Below are positions 39,765-47,769 of a stretch of 64,000 nucleotides of DNA, in pieces. The DNA is from Lentisphaerae bacterium ADurb.Bin242 (GTDB taxonomy: Bacteria; Verrucomicrobiota; Lentisphaeria; Victivallales; UBA1829), in contig MWCA01000019.1 of NCBI GenBank assembly GCA_002069785.1, positions 736-64,735 of the forward strand, in the 5' to 3' direction. Each line of letters starts with the position of its first letter. Within the stretch, counting starts at the first letter, position 1. The position numbers and the translations under genes were made by a program. The notes under the pieces were generated by a model, which worked only from the letters and a program-made list of their open reading frames with translations, was not told the DNA's origin and made no database searches.

Positions 39765-42647
39765 TTACAACCCGTCGGATGAAAATTGAAAAATGGTCGT
39801 CTCCAGCTGATCTTCGATCCTTCCTTTTCCGAGAGGCCGCGTTTCCCATTTGCGTCCGGGACCTTCCACTTTTTCTTCAGGAAGGAAATTTCCGAACCGG
39901 AGATTTTCCCGGGACGGTGCCACGATCCGGAGGGCGCTGCCGACCGGCTGGGCGGAAACGACAATCCCCCGCTTCAGTTCATCGCCCGACCACAGGAGCT
40001 TGCCGGAAGGCGAACGCTGGCAGGCCATGGAAACCGGCTCGTAAACAACCGTACCGTCGCGGCAGAGGGAAGGCGGCAGTTCGATCCGGAGAGTCCGTTT
40101 TTGAGCAAGGTCGAAGTTGAAATAGCTGACCAGCAGTCCGTCATGGAGCCGGTGGACCCGGCAACGCCAGAACGTTTCCGGAGGATTGCCGAAATAGACC
40201 CAGGGAGCCGCGAGGGAATCATCCCGGGGACGCTGTTTTTCCGGAATGAAATAATCATGGAAAGAGCATTCGCCGCTGATGTCCTTCCCGTCAAGGTAAT
40301 AGGCTTCCGTCCGGGCAAGTTCATGGGCCAGACGCATGTATTCCAGTTGGGTCAGCGCATCGACGGGCGCCCCTTCGAGAAGGATCCCTTTGGCTCCGGA
40401 CGAAGCATGTGCCAGCGCGCTGATCCGTGCGAGGCGCGGCCAGTCGTCGAGCCCGAGGGGACGGCGCTGGAAGTCTGCCAGAAGACGGCGCGACACCCAA
40501 GACCCCGCGTAGAAGGCAAGTCCTCCCACCGAACCCGTTTTCGGAATCACCGGGATTTTCAGTTCTTTTACGGAAACGGCCACCTGTTCATAGGCTTTGA
40601 GCCCGGAAAACAATGCATCGGGCAGGACAAAGTCAAACTCCGCTTCCTTCATCAGACGCGGATCTTCACAGAAAAGGGTTCGCCCGCGTCCCAGTCCCGG
40701 AAACACAAAATCGGTCTCGATATATTCAAAATCCATCCCGCTTACTATCTTTGGATTTCCGGCGCGCGCCATTTCCTTGAACATTTTGAACATCAGCGCC
40801 GACTGGTAATGACGGAAATAAATCCATTCCTTCGTATATTTCCGCGCCAGTTGAAGGGGCGTCAGCCCGGAAAGGGCCTCCGGATCAAGGCGGGCGAACG
40901 CGGCGAAATTTTTCCGGCAGTCCGCACAGTAACAACCATGGAACGTCTTACCTTCCCAGTCATGCCACATATAGTCGATTTCCTTGAAACGCGCAAAAGC
41001 CTCTTTGAGCCGCCGGTGGAGCGCGGTGTCCGTCCGTAAAAGATAACTGGGGCAAAAGCTGTGCTGCGGATTGTTGCCCTCGTACCTCACCTTGCCGTTG
41101 AGGAGGGTCCAGACCGAACCGGGCACGGGATTTTTCAGGTTTTCCATGGCTTCCTTGCGCAGGAAGTCATAGGGCGCGTGAAGCCTGAATCCGAGGCCGC
41201 GGAGGTGTTTTTTGAGTTCCGGCATTTCCGGCTTCATGTAGGGAGCCGTCTCCGGGCCGGAAAGCACTGTGATTCCCTGCGCCTTGAACATCGCAAGATA
41301 GGCTTCGCGCTGGGCCGCATCCGCCCAGACCAGATGCCGGAGCGGAGTGTGGGAATACCAGAGTCCGATTCGTTTTGGAACGTCCCGGTTGGGCGTCCAC
41401 GGCAGGATTTCACCGTGTCCGGTAAAGAGTTCGCCCGGTTCCGTTCCCGGTTTCTGAAGCTGCCAGCGGTAGATGAACGGCGTGGCGGCGGACACTTCGG
41501 GGGTCTTCAGATACAAATACAGCTGATGATGTTTGATGCTGTCGAAGAGATTCTTGTCGCAGACGAAGGTGATCGGATCGGGCGCCTGGAGAAGGTAGCG
41601 GCGTCCGGGACGGCCTTCCAGCGAAATGGGTTCCGTCTGGAAGGAGGTCTGGACGGAGCGCGGAATCCAATAGTTGAAAACGACGGCCTTCTGAAGCTCG
41701 ATCCCTGCCGGAAGGTCCAGCCGGAACCGGAGTTCTTTCATCGGCGGGGCGCCGTCTTTCCGCTGATAAAAGAGAACCGCCATCGGATTGGGAAAATTGC
41801 CGAGCAGGAACATTTTCCGGTCGTCGCGGTACAGCGTGGGGTCCCAGAAGACCTGAATGGCTCCGTCCAGCCCGGTTTTCCGTTTGGGCTTCACCGATGC
41901 GTCCGGATACAACGCATTCAGGGATTTTTCCGGGTCCGCGCCGACAAACAGAAGTTTGAAACGGAAATCGAGGGTGTCTCCGGGCTTGACCTCCTGAATT
42001 TCTCCGAACGGTCCCTTGTTGAGTTCGTATCCGAAACGGCAGCGTCCGGGCATCTTCCGGTAATTGCGGAAAATTCCGGCGCCCGTCTTGCGGTTGTTTT
42101 CCACGATCACCAGGAGGCCGCGTCCCGAGGAGCGGTCGAAAATCCCGTGAAAGAAATCGTAACTTTTATCGAGGTTGGCGAGAAGCCCGGCGGTGTCGGC
42201 AACATTCAATTCCCATTCTTCGCTGTGAAGCACGGCATCGGCGGAAGGCGCGCCGGAAACGACCGGCATGCGGAGAATGCCGATCCGCAGCGGCTGTTTG
42301 ATGGTGAGGCGGAGCCGGACGTCCGCCGTGTCGGAATTTTTTTCCAGCCTCAAGGTCTGGACGCAGGAATAGGCGGTTCCTTCCCGATGGATCGTAATTT
42401 CTTCGCCTCCGGCGGTTGCCTTTTTCCGGGTCGAAATAACCACGGATTTTTCTTCGATGGCGGTCGGGTGGAGAAATTCGAGCAGTTTGATTTCCCGGAT
42501 CAGATTGGAGGCGCCCGCGGGCGTCACTTCAACGAGGGTTCCATCTTCGACGGCCAGCCGGACACGGCCGTTGTCAAGCGTGAATTTTTCCGCCGCCGGG
42601 AGCGATCCCAGCGCGAGGAGGAGAGCAACGGCGGAAAAAAAATTCAT
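39765..42647 (-). CDS. large secreted protein, glycan-enzyme-like with CxCxxC motif, function unknown
   Basis: Signal peptide MNFFSAVALLLALGSLPAAE; GCYCADCRKNF motif. ATGA overlap with the upstream LamG-like gene. The track ORF extension to 42926 is out-of-context read-through. Confidence 0.6.
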   Translation of the reverse strand: MNFFSAVALLLALGSLPAAEKFTLDNGRVRLAVEDGTLVEVTPAGASNLIREIKLLEFLHPTAIEEKSVVISTRKKATAGGEEITIHREGTAYSCVQTLRLEKNSDTADVRLRLTIKQPLRIGILRMPVVSGAPSADAVLHSEEWELNVADTAGLLANLDKSYDFFHGIFDRSSGRGLLVIVENNRKTGAGIFRNYRKMPGRCRFGYELNKGPFGEIQEVKPGDTLDFRFKLLFVGADPEKSLNALYPDASVKPKRKTGLDGAIQVFWDPTLYRDDRKMFLLGNFPNPMAVLFYQRKDGAPPMKELRFRLDLPAGIELQKAVVFNYWIPRSVQTSFQTEPISLEGRPGRRYLLQAPDPITFVCDKNLFDSIKHHQLYLYLKTPEVSAATPFIYRWQLQKPGTEPGELFTGHGEILPWTPNRDVPKRIGLWYSHTPLRHLVWADAAQREAYLAMFKAQGITVLSGPETAPYMKPEMPELKKHLRGLGFRLHAPYDFLRKEAMENLKNPVPGSVWTLLNGKVRYEGNNPQHSFCPSYLLRTDTALHRRLKEAFARFKEIDYMWHDWEGKTFHGCYCADCRKNFAAFARLDPEALSGLTPLQLARKYTKEWIYFRHYQSALMFKMFKEMARAGNPKIVSGMDFEYIETDFVFPGLGRGRTLFCEDPRLMKEAEFDFVLPDALFSGLKAYEQVAVSVKELKIPVIPKTGSVGGLAFYAGSWVSRRLLADFQRRPLGLDDWPRLARISALAHASSGAKGILLEGAPVDALTQLEYMRLAHELARTEAYYLDGKDISGECSFHDYFIPEKQRPRDDSLAAPWVYFGNPPETFWRCRVHRLHDGLLVSYFNFDLAQKRTLRIELPPSLCRDGTVVYEPVSMACQRSPSGKLLWSGDELKRGIVVSAQPVGSALRIVAPSRENLRFGNFLPEEKVEGPGRKWETRPLGKGRIEDQLETTIFQFSSDGL

Positions 42648-43258
42648 TTCCCGGAATCCTTCATGTTGACTTTTTGAATACAGAACGCCGTGTTGTTGTA
42701 TCCGCAGACGCTGACAATGATCGGTTCGGCAAGAGGAGCGGGTTTCGGGACTTCCAGAAGGAGTTTGCCGTCGATTGCGGCCGTGACTTTGCCGTCCGCC
42801 CAGCGGATGGCGAGCGTGTGCGCTTCGCCTTTTTTCCATTTCCCGATGTTCAGATTGACCGTTTTCCCGGCGACGGATGCGCTGAGTATCTGATAGGTCG
42901 GCGCTATGACCGAGTTGAAAGCCCACTGCGTTTTGTCCTGCCAGACAATTTCCAGAAGGGTCATGCTTTCCGTCTTTTGCGCATCCTTGTAGAATCCCAT
43001 GTCCGCAATCGGGGCGACGGTTACTTCAATACTTCCCGTTTCCGCGGCGAATTTCGGAGGATTCTGTATTTGGAAACCGGCATATTTCCCGGGTTCCGCG
43101 GCGATGATGCCGCCGTTCTTTCCGGCGGGAAGAATCTCGATGTTTCGCATCCTTTTCCGGAAGGAATCCAGTTTTTCAGCGCCGGCCGTGAAGTCGATTT
43201 CGGTTCCCCGGACACCGAGGGCAGCCGCGAACAAAAGGATCGGGAGCAGTTTTTTCAT
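42644..43258 (-). CDS. secreted concanavalin/LamG-like lectin-fold protein
   Basis: Signal peptide MKKLLPILLFAAALGVRG; GEAHTLAIRWADGKVTAAIDGKLL, typical of a LamG jelly-roll. Confidence 0.5.
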   Translation of the reverse strand: MKKLLPILLFAAALGVRGTEIDFTAGAEKLDSFRKRMRNIEILPAGKNGGIIAAEPGKYAGFQIQNPPKFAAETGSIEVTVAPIADMGFYKDAQKTESMTLLEIVWQDKTQWAFNSVIAPTYQILSASVAGKTVNLNIGKWKKGEAHTLAIRWADGKVTAAIDGKLLLEVPKPAPLAEPIIVSVCGYNNTAFCIQKVNMKDSGK

Positions 43259-43308
43259 GGGATCACCTTTTCTCTTTGGATAATTTCATGTTTCCATGAC
43301 ATGGATTT

Positions 43309-43932
43309 TCAATCTTTGCCGGGCGTCAGCATCGAGGTTTTGACGCTGTTTTTTCTCACGGCGCGCGCACTGCCGTCCGCAAACAGGGCGTTGGTCTGCT
43401 TGCTGTGGCGGAACGCCAGATAATTGGCCGCGGTCCACTCGTTCAGGAGATAGGAGACCGGTGAAACCGCCCCCGTTCCGTGATCGCCCGTGATCAGCGT
43501 ATCCGAGTGGACTTTGGTCGCTTTCAGGCTGTTCGATGCATCGATGATGACATTGTAGTTGAACGCATAGTCGGTTCCGATCTCGCCCTGGTTGTGTTTT
43601 GTCTCCGACGGACAGTACTGGGTATCCCGGTTGTAAAAGGTATATCCGACCGGAAGCTTGAAGTAGTGATGCCGGAGGTATCTGGTGAAGTAAATCGACG
43701 GGGCTCCGTAAGGCCACGGAGGATAGTAGCACATGGTGGTCGGATAAAATTCGCGATTGTCGTCGATATACTGGAAAAAAACAAGGCCGTTCTGCTTGAG
43801 CTGTCCCAGGCATTTGATGGCCTGCGCGGAATTTCTAGCTCGGTTGAGGGCGGGCAGAAGCATTCCCGCCAGGATGGCGATGATCGAAATTACAATGAGA
43901 AGTTCTATCAATGTGAACCGTTTCCACTTCAT
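43309..43932 (-). CDS. prepilin-type N-terminal domain protein, DUF1559 / H-X9-DG family (pseudopilin-like)
   Basis: [34 protein letters not shown]; HSKQTNALFADGS (H-X9-DG). ATGA overlap with the LacI stop; GGAG Shine-Dalgarno 8 nt upstream. Confidence 0.85.
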   Translation of the reverse strand: MKWKRFTLIELLIVISIIAILAGMLLPALNRARNSAQAIKCLGQLKQNGLVFFQYIDDNREFYPTTMCYYPPWPYGAPSIYFTRYLRHHYFKLPVGYTFYNRDTQYCPSETKHNQGEIGTDYAFNYNVIIDASNSLKATKVHSDTLITGDHGTGAVSPVSYLLNEWTAANYLAFRHSKQTNALFADGSARAVRKNSVKTSMLTPGKD

Positions 43933-45023
43933 TTTTGTGTCTCCGTTATTTTTGTGTTTTTGGTGGATTTGGATGAATGATTCCGTTCGGAGGAATTTTC
44001 CGGGACTTTTTTCCGGTGGATGAACCATGTGGGAACCCGGGTGTCGGACACCTCCCCGATGCGGCATTTTCCGGTGAGATGGCCGATCAGAAGTTCCACG
44101 GTGCGCCGGGCCATTTCCGCGCGGGGGACGGCGATGGTGGAACAAGTGTTGTAAACGGGATTGTTGTCGTAGCCGATGACGGCGGGCCGGTTCGGAATGC
44201 GGCGGTATTCGAATTCGCGTTCCAGCATGTTGGCCATGGTGTCGTTGCTGCAGAAGACCGCGTCCAGCGACTCGTAAAACTTGTCGTCCACCAGTTTGCG
44301 GATGGAAAAAACATCCTGCACGTGAAAGAAATTGTCCTCCCGGCAGAGGCCGCGTTCCCGGAGCACTTTCCGCAGAACATTCAGGATTGCTTCGGAGTGC
44401 ATCCGCTCCGGCTCGAACAGGAGTCCGATACGGCGGCGACGGGACTTGAGCAGAAAATCGACCGCCTGCCGGTATCCGGTCTCCGGGTTCGGGTAAAACA
44501 TGGCAGGGGTTGCGGAACTGGTGAAGTTCATCGTGACATACGGAAAACGGGCGGCGGACAGGGCGGGAAAAAGCGGCCCGAAAAATTCGGGCGTAAGAAA
44601 AACCGCACCGTCCGTATGGGCGAAATCCAGTTTTCCGGTAAGGAAGGAGACATTTTCATCCTGGACCGGCTCGAGCTTGACGTCATATCCGTGTTCACGT
44701 GCTTTCCGGATGACGCTGAAAATCACTTCCCATTGTGTCAGGCGCACGTGGGAATCGAAGTCCAGCGAACGCGGCGTCTGTGTGAAGAACGGCGGAAGGA
44801 CCAGCGAGATCGTCTCATGACGGCGGATCCGGAGGCTCCGGGCGACCGGGTTCCCGCGGTATCCGCAGCTTTCGGCACATCGGCGGATCTGTTCCCGGAC
44901 CTTCGGGCTGATCCGTCCGCGCGGCGGAACGGAAAGCGCGCGGGAGACCGTCGAGACCGAAACTCCGCATTTTTCCGCAAGGATTTTCAGGGAAACCAGA
45001 TTGTCGGGCTGTCGGGACGGCAT
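43929..45023 (-). CDS. LacI-family transcriptional regulator
   Basis: HTH LKILAEKCGVSVSTVSRALS plus a sugar-binding-type domain. Confidence 0.8.
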   Translation of the reverse strand: MPSRQPDNLVSLKILAEKCGVSVSTVSRALSVPPRGRISPKVREQIRRCAESCGYRGNPVARSLRIRRHETISLVLPPFFTQTPRSLDFDSHVRLTQWEVIFSVIRKAREHGYDVKLEPVQDENVSFLTGKLDFAHTDGAVFLTPEFFGPLFPALSAARFPYVTMNFTSSATPAMFYPNPETGYRQAVDFLLKSRRRRIGLLFEPERMHSEAILNVLRKVLRERGLCREDNFFHVQDVFSIRKLVDDKFYESLDAVFCSNDTMANMLEREFEYRRIPNRPAVIGYDNNPVYNTCSTIAVPRAEMARRTVELLIGHLTGKCRIGEVSDTRVPTWFIHRKKVPENSSERNHSSKSTKNTKITETQK

Positions 45024-45051
45024 GAATAAAAATTCCTCCGATTTTTATTAT

Positions 45052-45067
45052 GAGCAATCGATTGCTC
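45052..45067. promoter_or_regulatory. perfect 16-bp palindromic LacI-type operator
   Basis: GAGCAATCGATTGCTC is a perfect palindrome with a central CG, lying between the -10 element and the LacI start codon. Confidence 0.65.
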
Positions 45068-45073
45068 TTTTTC

Positions 45074-45101
45074 ATTATACAGCATTTCCCGGAAATGTCA
45101 A
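45074..45101 (-). promoter_or_regulatory. near-consensus sigma70 promoter (TTGACA-16 nt-TATAAT) for the LacI/pseudopilin-like operon
   Basis: Minus strand reads TTGACA (45101-45096), 16-nt spacer, TATAAT (45079-45074), then 6 nt and the operator. Confidence 0.65.
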
Positions 45102-45251
45102 TCCCCGTTTCAAAAAAAAACGTTTTTTTGTGAAATGCGTTATTGACGAAACTCACTCCCGCGTGTATTGTTCCGGATAGATTTTCCTGGCATGACGGCC
45201 GCGAGCATGCGTTCACTGGAAGTGCATTTTTTTCGGAAAGAGACTGTTTGG

Positions 45252-45824
45252 ATGAATGTGATCAAAACTGAAATCGAAGGAATCCGGATTCTCGAACCGC
45301 GGGTTTTCGGGGATGCCCGCGGATATTTTTTTGAAGTCTGGAATGAGGAGAGTTTCAAGGAGGCGGGAATCGATGTCCGCTTTATCCAGGACAATGAATC
45401 CAAGTCCCGTTTCGGGGTTCTCCGCGGACTCCATTATCAGCTTCCGCCGTATGCCCAGGCCAAACTGGTGCGGGTGATCCAGGGCGCGGTGCTGGATGTC
45501 TCCCTGGACATCCGCAAAGGGTCGCCGACCTTCGGGCAGCATTTTTCAATCGAGCTTTCCGGCAACAACAAGCGTCAGGTGTTCATCCCCCGCGGATTCG
45601 CGCACGGATTCGTGGTTCTCTCCCCGGAAGTGATTTTCGCCTACAAGTGCGACAACCGTTACATGCCTTCCCATGAGCGCGGAATCGCGTTCGACGATCC
45701 CGACCTGAAGATCAACTGGGGGATCAAGCCCGCCTCCATGCTCCTTTCCGAAAAGGATATGCGCAATCCGCTGCTGAAGGACGCCGAACTGCCGGACGAT
45801 GAGGGGCCGGAGGCTTCGTCATGA
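45252..45824 (+). CDS. rfbC: dTDP-4-dehydrorhamnose 3,5-epimerase
   Basis: GIRILEPRVFGDARGYFFEVWN, RGLHYQ, FIPRGFAHGF motifs. ATG at 45252. Confidence 0.9.
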   Translation: MNVIKTEIEGIRILEPRVFGDARGYFFEVWNEESFKEAGIDVRFIQDNESKSRFGVLRGLHYQLPPYAQAKLVRVIQGAVLDVSLDIRKGSPTFGQHFSIELSGNNKRQVFIPRGFAHGFVVLSPEVIFAYKCDNRYMPSHERGIAFDDPDLKINWGIKPASMLLSEKDMRNPLLKDAELPDDEGPEASS

Positions 45825-46666
45825 AGGTCCTGCTGACCGGAGGACGGGGCATGCTCGGCCGGACCCTGACGGCCGAGTTTTCCGACTTCGAGGTGATTCC
45901 GACCGATCTGCCCGAGGCGGATATCACCGATCCCGCCGCCATGGACCGGCTTCTGAAAGAGTTCCGTCCGGACGCGGTGATCCATTGCGCGGCCATGACC
46001 GCGGTGGACAAGTGCGAGACCGAAAAGGAACAGGCTTTCCGCCTGAACGCATTCGGCTCGGCGAATGTGGCGTCCGCGTGTCACCGCAATCGCGTCCGCC
46101 TGATCGCGATCTCCACGGATTATGTGTTTGACGGCGCCCTCGACCGCCCCTACAACGAATTCGACATCCCGAACGGGGGCAATACGGTCTACGGACAAAG
46201 CAAGTTCGCGGGAGAGCAGCAGGTCCGGTGCCTCTGCCCGGATCATGTGATTGCGCGCATCTCCTGGCTTTACGGAGCGGGCGGCCCCAGTTTTGTGCAC
46301 GCGATGGTCAAGCTGGCCGACGGCTCCCGCCCGGAACTGAAGGTGGTCAACGACCAGATCGGCAATCCCACCAGCACGCCGGCCGTGGCGCGCAAGCTCC
46401 GCGAAATCCTGCGATGCCCCGGACTGGCGGGCACGTTTCACCTGACGTGCGAAGGGGAGGCCACCTGGTATGAGTTCGCATGCGAGATTTTCCGTCAGCG
46501 GGGAATTCCGCAGAAGGTGGCGCCGTGCAGCACTTCGGAGTTTCCGCGTCCGGCGCCGCGTCCGGCGAATTCCCGCCTGGACAAAATGATGCTGCGCTTG
46601 GCCGGGTTTTCGCCCATGCCCGACTGGAAGGATGCCCTGCGGGAGTTCCTCGCTTCCGAATTCTGA
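45821..46666 (+). CDS. rfbD: dTDP-4-dehydrorhamnose reductase
   Basis: MKVLLTGGRGMLG Rossmann motif, STDYVFDG, YGQSK. ATGA overlap with rfbC. Confidence 0.85.
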   Translation: MKVLLTGGRGMLGRTLTAEFSDFEVIPTDLPEADITDPAAMDRLLKEFRPDAVIHCAAMTAVDKCETEKEQAFRLNAFGSANVASACHRNRVRLIAISTDYVFDGALDRPYNEFDIPNGGNTVYGQSKFAGEQQVRCLCPDHVIARISWLYGAGGPSFVHAMVKLADGSRPELKVVNDQIGNPTSTPAVARKLREILRCPGLAGTFHLTCEGEATWYEFACEIFRQRGIPQKVAPCSTSEFPRPAPRPANSRLDKMMLRLAGFSPMPDWKDALREFLASEF

Positions 46667-46821
46667 TGCTGCCGGGCGTATTTTCCCGCCGTTTTACCGT
46701 GAGGGGGCCGATGGCCGCCGGAAGGGACGGGCCTGTTTTTTCCCCACTTGAAAAAAATACGCGGACGTGTATTGTAACTCCTTTCACGGCTTTATCGTCA
46801 AATTAACTTCAGGACAGAAAC

Positions 46822-47721
46822 ATGAGACTCGAAATGACTTCAAGCGCCTTTTTGTCGGGCAACTGGCAGGAACGCTTGAACGCATGCCGTACTTTTACGG
46901 ATTCCGCCGGCTTCGAATTCGGAATCCAGCTCCACAATACCGCTTCCTCCGAACAGATCGACACCCTGGGGAAAACCGGGATCGTCCTCAGTGCGCACGG
47001 ACCGCTGAACCAGCGCAAGAACTGGAACCTCGCCACCCGGAAAACTGCGGAGACCTTCCGGGCGATCGACGAGAACATCCGTCTGTTCGAACGCCTGAAA
47101 ATCGACCGGATCGTATTTCACGGCGCCATGATGTCCGACGAGTGCCCGGACGCGTTCGGACACGGGAAATCGTATCATGAGGCCATGGCTCCGGTCTTTC
47201 GTCCGGAGCTGGCTCTTTTCGAGGGGCAGATGTACAATTCGGACTTCACGAATCTTCCGGAATTCGCGGGCCGGATGGCGCTTCTCAAGGAGAATCTCGA
47301 GGTTCTGCGGGTCCGGTATCCGGGGTTCCTGCTCTGCCTCGAAAACGACTTCCCGGCCTACGGCAGCGCCGGAATGTTTTTCCATGACATCGGGCGGCTC
47401 GGACATCCGCTTTGCCTGGACACCGGGCACCTCTGGATCGCCGCCCACCTGATGGACCGGGACTTCCATGCGGAAATCGGCACGGCCCTCCGCTCCGGCA
47501 ATGTCCGGATGTGCCATTTCCACGCCTCGGTCTACGATAATTCCATTCCCAAGAACAAATGGTCCGACGGACATAAAAAGCTTTCCACCCCGAACCCGAA
47601 AATGAATCTGCCCCGCGTTGCAAAAAAAATTCTCCGGGGCGGCGTGGATAATTTCGTGCTGGAAATCCCGGAAGGCTCCGTGGAAGACCTGAAGACCCTT
47701 CATCAATGGCTGACGGAATAA
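46822..47721 (+). CDS. sugar phosphate isomerase/epimerase (xylose isomerase-like TIM barrel)
   Basis: IVFHG.., LCLENDF, LDTGHLW metal-ligand pattern typical of this superfamily. Confidence 0.55.
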   Translation: MRLEMTSSAFLSGNWQERLNACRTFTDSAGFEFGIQLHNTASSEQIDTLGKTGIVLSAHGPLNQRKNWNLATRKTAETFRAIDENIRLFERLKIDRIVFHGAMMSDECPDAFGHGKSYHEAMAPVFRPELALFEGQMYNSDFTNLPEFAGRMALLKENLEVLRVRYPGFLLCLENDFPAYGSAGMFFHDIGRLGHPLCLDTGHLWIAAHLMDRDFHAEIGTALRSGNVRMCHFHASVYDNSIPKNKWSDGHKKLSTPNPKMNLPRVAKKILRGGVDNFVLEIPEGSVEDLKTLHQWLTE

Positions 47722-47769
47722 AATGGAAACAATTCCATTGCGATACAACCCATAAAAAAAGGAAGAATC

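Noticed and set aside
39786-42677. Plus-strand ORFs of 417 aa and 538 aa
   Set aside because: They are antisense to the 960-aa secreted protein, which has a signal peptide, an ATGA-coupled start and paralogs in the window.
42648-42926. N-terminal extensions of the 39765 ORF, and likewise of the 43309 ORF up to 44145
   Set aside because: The extensions overlap the upstream genes in another frame and are Arg-rich. Internal ATGs give classic signal-peptide or prepilin N-termini with ATGA coupling and Shine-Dalgarno sites.
45112-45130. A7-CG-T7 palindrome between the divergent LacI and rfbC promoters
   Set aside because: A purely A/T stem gives a very weak hairpin. It is more likely an A-tract/UP-like spacer than a discrete element.
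46667-46821. Possible terminator after rfbD (T-run at about 46733-46740)
   Set aside because: I could not find a convincing complementary stem preceding the T-run.
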